32,000 nucleotides of DNA from Pseudodesulfovibrio mercurii. Its GTDB lineage: Bacteria > Desulfobacterota > Desulfovibrionia > Desulfovibrionales > Desulfovibrionaceae. Made by a program: the position numbers and the translations under genes. Shown in pieces: positions 25,607-32,000 of this stretch. The notes under the pieces were generated by a model, which saw nothing but the letters and a program-made list of their open reading frames with translations, was not told the DNA's origin and ran no database searches. The first letter of the stretch is position 1. The number at the start of each line of letters is the position of its first letter. The stretch is from NCBI RefSeq assembly GCF_000189295.2, contig NC_016803.1, positions 360,001-392,000 on the forward strand, written 5' to 3'.

Positions 25607-26359
25607 ATGAACATTCTGCTCGCCAATGACGACGGCATCCAGGCCATCGGCCTGCGCGCCCTGTATTTCGCCCTGAAGGAGGCCGGACACGAGGTCCACG
25701 TGGTCGCCCCGGTCACGGAGCAGTCCGCCGTGGGGCACGCCGTGACCCTGGCCCTGCCCATCCGGGTCAAGCAGTTCCGGGAGAACGGCTTCGTGGGCCA
25801 GGGGGTCTACGGCACCCCCGTGGACTGCGTCAAGCTCGGCCTGTCCACGCTGCTCGACCGGAAGCCCGACCTGGTCCTGTCCGGTATCAACGCGGGGGCC
25901 AACGTGGGCGTGGACATCCTCTATTCCGGCACGGTGTCCGCCGCCACCGAGGGGGCGCTCATGGAGATTCCGTCCATGGCCGTGTCCATGGACAACTTCA
26001 ACCCCGAGGACCTGAGCGGTCAGGCCCGCTTCTGCGCGGAACTGCTGCTCAGAATCCCCTGGGACAGGCTGCCGCGCAAGCGCGTGCTCAACCTCAATTT
26101 CCCCAACTGCCCCATTGGGGAGGCGAAAGAGATGGTCCTCTGCCCGCACACCAGGGCGTCCTACGACGACGTCTACGACACCCGCCAGGACCCGCGCGGC
26201 AGGCCGTACTACTGGCTCAGCGGGGCCATCCCGCCGGGCCGCATCAGCCCGGACCGGGACCGCGCGCTGCTTACGGCCGGGCACATCACCCTGACTCCGC
26301 TGCATTTCGATTTCACGGACCGCGAGACCCTGACCGTGTTGAAGGACTCGATTTCGTGA
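25607..26359 (+). CDS. surE: 5'/3'-nucleotidase SurE
   Basis: MNILLANDDGI N-terminus, then GTPVDCV, SGINAGANVG and YSGTVSAA. Confidence 0.94.
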   Translation: MNILLANDDGIQAIGLRALYFALKEAGHEVHVVAPVTEQSAVGHAVTLALPIRVKQFRENGFVGQGVYGTPVDCVKLGLSTLLDRKPDLVLSGINAGANVGVDILYSGTVSAATEGALMEIPSMAVSMDNFNPEDLSGQARFCAELLLRIPWDRLPRKRVLNLNFPNCPIGEAKEMVLCPHTRASYDDVYDTRQDPRGRPYYWLSGAIPPGRISPDRDRALLTAGHITLTPLHFDFTDRETLTVLKDSIS

Positions 26360-26365
26360 ACCCCG

Positions 26366-26394
26366 TTGACGTAAAACCGTCGGCACAGTATGGT
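26366..26394 (+). promoter_or_regulatory. Sigma70-like promoter candidate for gap
   Basis: TTGACG (26366-26371), a 17-nt spacer, then TATGGT (26389-26394), about 60 nt upstream of the gap ATG. Confidence 0.5.
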
Positions 26395-26452
26395 TATTGC
26401 CCGATAACGCCCTATTCAGAGAGATAATCGCTTACCCACAGGAGGATTCGTC

Positions 26453-27433
26453 ATGGCGACGAAGATAGGTTTGAACGGATTTGGACGCATCGGCCGGTAT
26501 CTGGCCCGGCTGCTGGCCACGGAGAGCGACCTGGAACTGGTGGCCGTCAACGCGCGCGCCTCCAACGAGGACCTGGCCCACCTGCTGAAATACGACTCCG
26601 TGCACGGCCGGTTCCCGGACGTGCAGCCCACCGAGGACGGCTTCGTCATGGCCGGCAAGCCGGTCAAGGTGACGCGCAATGCGCCCGGCGAATGGACCTG
26701 GGGCGAACTGGGCTGCGACATCGTGGTCGAGTCCACCGGCAAGTTCACCGACCGCGAGAGCTGCGAGAAGCACCTGGCCTGCGGGGCCAAGAAGGTGATC
26801 ATCTCCGCGCCCGGCAAGAACGCCGACGTGACCGTGGTCATCGGCGTCAACGACGAAGAACTCAAGCCCGAGCACAAGATCATTTCCAACGCCTCCTGCA
26901 CGACCAACTGCCTGGCCCCGGTGGCCAAGGTCATCAACGACGCCTTCGGCATCAAACACGGCATCATGACCACGGTGCACTCCTACACCATGAGCCAGCG
27001 CATCCTGGACGGTTCGCACAAGGACATGCGCCGGGCCCGCGCCTGCGCCGTGAACATGGTCCCGACCACCACGGGCGCGGCCAAGGCCGTCGGCCTGGTC
27101 ATTCCCGAGCTGAACGGGCTGCTGGACGGCATGTCCATCCGCGTGCCCACCCCCAACGTCTCCCTGGTGGACCTGGTCTGCGAGCTGAAGAAGGAGACCA
27201 CGGTGGAGGAGGTCAACGCGGCCCTCAAGGCGGCGGCCAACGACTCCATGGGCTACACCGACGAACCCCTGGTCTCCGTGGACTTCATGGGCTCCACCTT
27301 CGGCGGCGTGGTCGACAGCGGCCTGACCCGCGTCATGGGCGGGACCCAGGTCAAGGTCATTGCCTGGTACGACAATGAGGCCGGTTTTACCAATCAGCTG
27401 TTGCGGTTGATCAAGAAGACGGCTGCGATGTAG
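26453..27433 (+). CDS. gap: Type I glyceraldehyde-3-phosphate dehydrogenase
   Basis: NGFGRIGR Rossmann motif, catalytic SNASCTTNCLAP, and WYDNE near the C-terminus. AGGAGG RBS 7 nt upstream. Confidence 0.96.
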   Translation: MATKIGLNGFGRIGRYLARLLATESDLELVAVNARASNEDLAHLLKYDSVHGRFPDVQPTEDGFVMAGKPVKVTRNAPGEWTWGELGCDIVVESTGKFTDRESCEKHLACGAKKVIISAPGKNADVTVVIGVNDEELKPEHKIISNASCTTNCLAPVAKVINDAFGIKHGIMTTVHSYTMSQRILDGSHKDMRRARACAVNMVPTTTGAAKAVGLVIPELNGLLDGMSIRVPTPNVSLVDLVCELKKETTVEEVNAALKAAANDSMGYTDEPLVSVDFMGSTFGGVVDSGLTRVMGGTQVKVIAWYDNEAGFTNQLLRLIKKTAAM

Positions 27434-27465
27434 CGGGGGCGGCTTCCGATAGCGGGCCATCCGCA

Positions 27466-27589
27466 CATTTTTTCCGGGGGCTTCCATCCTCACGTAGACG
27501 GCTATCGCTGCTGTCGTCATCTCTAAGACCGAGCAAGCTCGGCCTAAGAGCTGTGGCACGCTGCGGTGAAAGCCCCCGGAAGAAAAATG
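27466..27589. repeat. Large imperfect palindromic element enclosing repeat copy 2
   Basis: CATTTTTTCCGGGGGCTT (27466-27483) pairs with AAGCCCCCGGAAGAAAAATG (27570-27589), giving about 18 bp with a 2-nt bulge. The interior contains the CCGAG-CAAG-CTCGG hairpin (27529-27542), flanked by CTAAGA direct repeats. Confidence 0.55.
27502..27564 (-). repeat. Intergenic repeat element, copy 2 (inverted relative to copy 1)
   Basis: The reverse complement reads GCAGCGTGCCACAGCTCTTAGGCCGAGCTTGCTCGGTCTTAGAGATGACGACAGCAGCGATAG. Confidence 0.55.
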
Positions 27590-27690
27590 CACAGCTGACC
27601 CACTCTTGAAAGCCTAGTGCGAGCGCGGAAGAGAGAGCCGCTGTCGGGTGGCTGCGTCACCCGAATCGCTCTGAATATGAAGAAGAAAAG

Positions 27691-27733
27691 AAAGCCCCCG
27701 GCTCACTATTGAGCCGGGGGCTTTTCGTTGTTC
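27691..27733. terminator. Bidirectional intrinsic terminator in the gap/cimA convergent spacer
   Basis: AAAGCCCCCGGCTCA-CTAT-TGAGCCGGGGGCTTT: a 15-bp stem with an A-rich 5' flank and a TTCGTTGTT 3' flank. Confidence 0.8.
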
Positions 27734-27788
27734 TCGCACCCCGCGAAGCGGCGATAAAAAGTTTAGGAAGGGAGAGGGGGATGGGGGG

Positions 27789-27848
27789 CCGGGGGAAGGG
27801 GAGAGGGAGAACCCTTTTCCAAAGGGTTTCCCTCTCCCCTTCCCCCGG
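27789..27848 (-). terminator. Long purine/pyrimidine hairpin immediately 3' of cimA
   Basis: 28-bp stem with one bulge (27789-27817 / 27821-27848) and a 3-nt loop, starting 15 nt after the cimA stop. There is no adjacent clean U-tract. Confidence 0.45.
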
Positions 27849-27863
27849 CCGCCGGAGGCTCGG

Positions 27864-29459
27864 CTATTCGGCCGCAGCCATTTCGTCCTTGAAGAGCTTG
27901 TAGTTGATGGCGTCGACCACGGCCTGCCAGGAGGCCTCGATGATGTTGTGGGAGACGCCCATGGTGGTCCAGCGGTCGGTCTTGTCGCCGGTCTCGACCA
28001 GGACGCGGACGAAGGAGGCGGTGCCCCCGGTGTCGCGCACCGCGCCGGACAGGACGCGGACCTTGAAGTCGAGGAGCTTGATCTCCTTGAGGCTGGGATA
28101 GAACCGCTCGAGCCCCTTGCGCAGGGCCTGGTCCAGGGCGTTGACCGGGCCCAGGCCGGTGGCCGCGGTGTGTTCCTGCTGGCCCTTGACGTTGACGATG
28201 ACCGTGGCCTCGGACATGGGCTCGGCGTCCTCCTCGCGCTTGGCGTCCACCACGAAGAAGTGGCGGAAGTGGAAGTAGTCGAGGGGCTTGCCCAGGGCCT
28301 CGCGGAGCATGAGCTCGAAGGAGGCGTCGGCCACGGAGTATTCGTAGCCCATGGACTCCTTGATCTTCAATTCCTTGAGCAGGCGATCCACGGTGGGGTC
28401 GTCCTTGGCCAGCTCGTAGCCCAGTTCGCGGGCCTTGAACAGGATGTTGGACTTGCCCGCCTGGTCCGAGAGGAGCACGCGGCGTTCGTTGCCCACGGTT
28501 TCGGGCGGGATGTGCTCGTAGGTGCGGGCGTCCTTGAGGATGGCGCTGACGTGCACGCCGCCCTTGTGGGCAAAGGCGGACGCGCCCACGAAGGGCTGGC
28601 GCATGAACGGCCGCAGGTTCGCGATCTCGCTGACGAAGTGGGAGATGGGCAGGAGCTTGGTCAGGCTTTCCCGGCCGATGACGTCAAAGCCCATCTTGAG
28701 TTCCAGGTTGGGGATGACCGAGCAGAGGTTGGCGTTGCCGCAGCGCTCGCCGTATCCGTTGATGGTCCCCTGGACCTGGACCGCGCCGAGGCGGACCGCC
28801 TCCAGGGAGTTGGCCACGGCCAGCTCGGAGTCGTTGTGGGCGTGGATGCCGAGGCTGGCCTCGGGCAGCTTCTCGCGCACGGCCTTGACGGCCTCGCCGA
28901 TCTCGTGGGTCATGGAGCCGCCGTTGGTGTCGCACAGGACCAGCCGGTCCGCGCCCGCCTCGAAGGCGGCATTCAGGGCCTTGAGGGCATACTCGGGGTT
29001 GCGCTTGTACCCGTCGAAGAAGTGCTCGGCGTCGAAGATGACCTCGTCCACCCGGTCCTTGAGGTAGGCCACGGAGTTGGCGATGAGCTCCAGGTTGCGC
29101 TCGAGCGGGATGCCCAGGGCCAGGGTGGCGTGGATGTCCCAGGTCTTGCCGAAGATGGTCACCACCGGGGTCTCGGCCTTGAGCAGCCCGGTCAGGTTCG
29201 GGTCCTTGTCCGGGGTGTACTTGGCCATGTGCGTGGACCCGAAGGCGGCCAGCCTGGCGTTCTTGAAGGTGTAGGACCGAATCCTGTCGAAAAACTTCTT
29301 GTCCGTGGGGTTGGAGCCGGGCCAGCCGCCCTCAATGTAGTGGATGCCCAGATCGTCCAGCTTCTGGGCTATGCGGATCTTGTCCTGGGTGGTCAGATTC
29401 AGTTCTTCGGCCTGGGCTCCGTCCCGTAACGTCGTGTCGTATATCGTGATTTGTTGCAT
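27864..29459 (-). CDS. cimA: (R)-citramalate synthase (LeuA-family, CimA type)
   Basis: IYDTTLRDGAQ N-terminus and HAHND metal site. At about 530 aa it has a LeuA-dimer-type C-terminal domain. It sits directly next to lysC, an arrangement I recall from Geobacter-type citramalate pathway loci. Confidence 0.85.
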   Translation of the reverse strand: MQQITIYDTTLRDGAQAEELNLTTQDKIRIAQKLDDLGIHYIEGGWPGSNPTDKKFFDRIRSYTFKNARLAAFGSTHMAKYTPDKDPNLTGLLKAETPVVTIFGKTWDIHATLALGIPLERNLELIANSVAYLKDRVDEVIFDAEHFFDGYKRNPEYALKALNAAFEAGADRLVLCDTNGGSMTHEIGEAVKAVREKLPEASLGIHAHNDSELAVANSLEAVRLGAVQVQGTINGYGERCGNANLCSVIPNLELKMGFDVIGRESLTKLLPISHFVSEIANLRPFMRQPFVGASAFAHKGGVHVSAILKDARTYEHIPPETVGNERRVLLSDQAGKSNILFKARELGYELAKDDPTVDRLLKELKIKESMGYEYSVADASFELMLREALGKPLDYFHFRHFFVVDAKREEDAEPMSEATVIVNVKGQQEHTAATGLGPVNALDQALRKGLERFYPSLKEIKLLDFKVRVLSGAVRDTGGTASFVRVLVETGDKTDRWTTMGVSHNIIEASWQAVVDAINYKLFKDEMAAAE

Positions 29460-29462
29460 CGG

Positions 29463-30692
29463 CTACTCGATGTGTTTGCCTTCCTCCAAGTTGAAGGCTT
29501 TATGGAGTGTGCGTACCGCCAGCTCGGTGTACTTGTCGTCGATCAAGCAGGTGATCTTGATCTCCGAGGTGCTGATCATCAGGATGTTCACGTTCTCATC
29601 GGCAAGCGCCCGGAAGGCCTTGGAGGCCACACCGGAATGGTTACGCATGCCGACGCCGATAATCGAGACCTTGGCGACGTTCAGGTTGCTGGATAGCTCC
29701 TCGTAGCCGATTTCATACTTCAATTTTTCCAGGGTGTTGATGGTCGCCTTCACGTCGGCGCGGGGCACGGTGAAGGTCATGTCCGTGAGGCCGTCCTTGG
29801 ACGGGTTCTGGACGATCATGTCCACGAGAATCTTCTTCTCGGCCAGGGGGGAGAAAATCTGGGCGGACACGCCGGGGGTGTCCTTGACGTGTATCAGCGT
29901 GATGCGGGCCTGATCCTTGTCGTACGCGATGCCCGAAACCATGACGGCTTCCATGTTCTCATCCTCCTGGGTGACTATGGTGCCCGGCTCGTCGGAAAAG
30001 GTGGAGCGGACATGAACGGTTACATTGTATTTCTTGGCGAACTCGACGCTGCGGATCTGGAGCACCTTGGCTCCCATGCTGGCCATCTCGAGCATCTCGT
30101 CATAGGAGATGCGGTCGATCTTGCGCGCGTCGGTACAGAGATTCGGGTCCGTGGTGAACACGCCCGGAACGTCGGTGTAGATTTCGCAGACGTCGGCCTT
30201 GATGGCCGCTGCCAGGGCCACGGCCGAGGTGTCGGAGCCGCCGCGTCCCAGGGTGGTGATGCGCATGTTCTCGTCGCATCCCTGGAAACCGGCCACCACC
30301 AGGATGTCGTACTCCTGGAGCATGCCCTTGAGCCGGGCCTCGTCGATGTCGGTGATGCGGGCCTTGCCGTAGCAGCAGTCGGTTTTGACCGGGGCCTGGA
30401 AGCCGAGCACGGAGCGGCATTTGACGCCCTGCTGCTTGAGGAGCATGGCGAAGAGGGCGCAGGAGATCTGTTCCCCGGTGGAGACCAGGGCGTCCGCTTC
30501 GGCCGGGTCGGGGTTGTCCGACCATTCGTTGGCCAGTTCCAGCAGCCGGTTGGTCTCACCGGACATGGCCGAGAGGACCACAATGACCTTGTTGCCCTCG
30601 CGGTAGGGGCGCAGGACCTTCTGCATGACCTGGCGTTGGCATTCCAGGTTGCGGACCGACGTGCCTCCGAACTTTTGTACGACGATGTTCAT
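29463..30692 (-). CDS. lysC: Aspartate kinase, monofunctional class with C-terminal ACT domains
   Basis: MNIVVQKFGGTSV N-terminus, then LGRGGSDTSA and YTDVPGVFTTDP. ATG at 30690-30692. Confidence 0.95.
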   Translation of the reverse strand: MNIVVQKFGGTSVRNLECQRQVMQKVLRPYREGNKVIVVLSAMSGETNRLLELANEWSDNPDPAEADALVSTGEQISCALFAMLLKQQGVKCRSVLGFQAPVKTDCCYGKARITDIDEARLKGMLQEYDILVVAGFQGCDENMRITTLGRGGSDTSAVALAAAIKADVCEIYTDVPGVFTTDPNLCTDARKIDRISYDEMLEMASMGAKVLQIRSVEFAKKYNVTVHVRSTFSDEPGTIVTQEDENMEAVMVSGIAYDKDQARITLIHVKDTPGVSAQIFSPLAEKKILVDMIVQNPSKDGLTDMTFTVPRADVKATINTLEKLKYEIGYEELSSNLNVAKVSIIGVGMRNHSGVASKAFRALADENVNILMISTSEIKITCLIDDKYTELAVRTLHKAFNLEEGKHIE

Positions 30693-30708
30693 TTTTCGAT
30701 TCTGCTCT

Positions 30709-31194
30709 CTAAAAACGGTTTTCATTGGGGCGCAGGGCGTCGAGGACGCTCTGGGCCGCACCTCCCATCGCATGCAACACCAGGCTTCGTCCAGTGTCCG
30801 ACGGGGTCCATTCCAGGAAAAGGGCGTCTTCGGGCCACATTTCCTTCGGAAGGTACTGTATCCACTCCACGATGGTGATCGTGTCCGGGTCCTCGAAGGC
30901 ATCGAACAGGGCGTCGTCCGGCTCCATGCCTTCGAGCCGGTAGAGGTCGAAGTGCGCCACCCCGGGCGTGGTCGGATACAGGTTGCAGATGTTGAAGCTC
31001 GGGCTCGAAACCTCCGCCGATTCCGCGCCGGGCAGGGATTCCACGAAACCCCTGACCAACGTGGTTTTGCCCGATCCGAGGTCGCCTTGCAAGAGCAAAG
31101 CCGGGGGAGTGTCCATTCGGGACAGGATGGACGCCAGGGCGCGGCCCAGGGCCACGGTGGCCTCGCTGTCCGGGAGGTGCAGGGTCAGGCTCAC
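30709..31194 (-). CDS. tsaE: tRNA t6A37 biosynthesis ATPase TsaE (YjeE)
   Basis: LLLQGDLGSGKTTLVRG P-loop, SPSFNI, and HFDLYRL. GTG start at 31192-31194. Confidence 0.9.
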   Translation of the reverse strand: MSLTLHLPDSEATVALGRALASILSRMDTPPALLLQGDLGSGKTTLVRGFVESLPGAESAEVSSPSFNICNLYPTTPGVAHFDLYRLEGMEPDDALFDAFEDPDTITIVEWIQYLPKEMWPEDALFLEWTPSDTGRSLVLHAMGGAAQSVLDALRPNENRF

Positions 31195-31203
31195 TGCCGG
31201 TCC

Positions 31204-31653
31204 CTAGTCCTTGATCAGGGTCTTGAGCACGTCTTCCTTGCCGACCACGCCGACCAGCTTGCCGTTCTCGATCACGGGCAGGGTGTAGAGCTTCTCGTTG
31301 GCCATCATGGTGGCCACGTCCTCGATGGTCGTCTCCGGGGTGACGAAGGTCGGGGCCGCGGTCATGGCGTCGCCCACCTTGAGGGCCGCGATCTTGGTCA
31401 TCTCGCGGTCCAGTTCGTCGTGGGAGGAGAGGGGGATGACCCCGTCCAGCAGGGTGAAGAAGGAGGGCAGGGTGACCTTCTTCTGCTGGGCCACCAGGTC
31501 GGACTGGCAGAGCACGCCGACCACCTGGTCGCCGTCCAGGACCGGCGCGCCGTTGATTTTCTTTTCAAGCAGGACCTTGGCCGCGGCGGTGATGTCGGTC
31601 TCCGGGGTCAGGGTGATGCATTCGGTGGTCATGATGTCTTTTGCTTTCAGCAT
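31204..31653 (-). CDS. Tandem CBS-domain protein
   Basis: Two CBS repeats (DIMTTECITL...GAPVLD..VVGVLCQSDL and DAMTAAPTFV...LPVIENGKLVGVVGKEDVL). AAGGAG 8 nt upstream of the ATG at 31651-31653. Confidence 0.9.
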   Translation of the reverse strand: MLKAKDIMTTECITLTPETDITAAAKVLLEKKINGAPVLDGDQVVGVLCQSDLVAQQKKVTLPSFFTLLDGVIPLSSHDELDREMTKIAALKVGDAMTAAPTFVTPETTIEDVATMMANEKLYTLPVIENGKLVGVVGKEDVLKTLIKD

Positions 31654-32000
31654 GGTTCAGGCTCCTTGGTGAAGGCTGCCGCCGCGTGGGGCAGCATGTT
31701 GGCGATTTCGGACGCGAGGTTGCCGCGTGCGGGAAATTCGTTGTTCAGGGCGCGCCCGGCCAGGCCGTGCCAGAACACGCCGGTGCAGGCCGCGCGCATT
31801 GGGGAAAGTCCTCCGGCCAGGAGCGCGCCGACGACCCCGGACAGGACGTCGCCGGCCCCGCCCACGGACAGGTTGGGCTCGGCAAAGGGCGAGACGCAGG
31901 TCATGTCCCGGTCGGCCACCAGCGTGCCCGCGCCCTTGAGGACCAGGGTGGCGTCGCAGGCGGCCAGGAAGCGGTCCACGGCCCCCAACCGGTCGGCCTG
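31647..32000 (-). CDS. nnr: NAD(P)H-hydrate dehydratase (YjeF C-terminal carbohydrate-kinase domain), 3' fragment; the 5' end is outside the window
   Basis: VLKGAGTLVAD and GGAGDVLSGVVGALLAGG are the YjeF_C ATP-binding signature. The frame is open to the window edge. The stop at 31647-31649 overlaps the CBS gene start region. Confidence 0.85.
   Translation of the reverse strand, partial: QADRLGAVDRFLAACDATLVLKGAGTLVADRDMTCVSPFAEPNLSVGGAGDVLSGVVGALLAGGLSPMRAACTGVFWHGLAGRALNNEFPARGNLASEIANMLPHAAAAFTKEPEPC

Noticed and set aside
27466-27733. Transcription attenuator (terminator/antiterminator) interpretation of the four 10-mer copies
   Set aside because: No gene lies downstream of the terminator on either strand, because gap and cimA converge here. 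Classical attenuation of a downstream gene therefore makes no sense. An sRNA or repeat-element explanation is more plausible.
27709-27903. 64-aa + strand ORF across the terminator and polypurine hairpin
   Set aside because: It is Gly/Arg-rich, spans two strong hairpins, overlaps the cimA 3' end, and has no SD.

Overview
Visibly GC-rich chromosomal window, gene-dense, with 34 confident protein genes plus one candidate small ORF. I found no rRNA, tRNA, CRISPR array, transposase or integrase. The gene content suggests a Desulfovibrio-like sulfate reducer, but that is an inference only: periplasmic FdhAB with FdhE/FdhD, cimA next to lysC, an FTR-like disulfide reductase, and OppDF with 4-Cys tails. 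Layout: (1) + strand, fdhA (3' end)-fdhB-fdhE-fdhD. (2) A very tightly packed minus-strand string: MATE transporter, DUF2156, AP-superfamily phosphodiesterase, uvrD/pcrA, thiL, trmO/tsaA, alpha/beta hydrolase, secreted chalcone-isomerase-fold protein. (3) Minus strand: oppD-like, oppF-like, HD hydrolase, cbiQ, cbiO. These are ABC parts with no permease, substrate-binding or S component. (4) + strand: trmFO, metY, PDZ-M48 lipoprotein protease. (5) Minus strand: yhaM-like nuclease, tmk, then an amino-acid ABC importer (permease, SBP, permease) with no ATPase that runs directly into a glutaredoxin-like and FTR-like gene pair. (6) + strand: surE, gap. (7) Minus strand: nnr (partial), CBS protein, tsaE, lysC, cimA. 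Most of this is housekeeping. The items most worth follow-up are the ATPase-less importer joined to a ferredoxin-type disulfide reductase module, the MATE/DUF2156/phosphodiesterase trio, and the orphan ABC-component cluster with a His-rich CbiO tail. Also of interest are a repeated structured intergenic element present in two convergent gene gaps (about 2.8-3.1 kb and 27.4-27.85 kb) and several sharp inverted repeats in promoter regions. All functional calls rest on motif recognition by eye. No database search was run.
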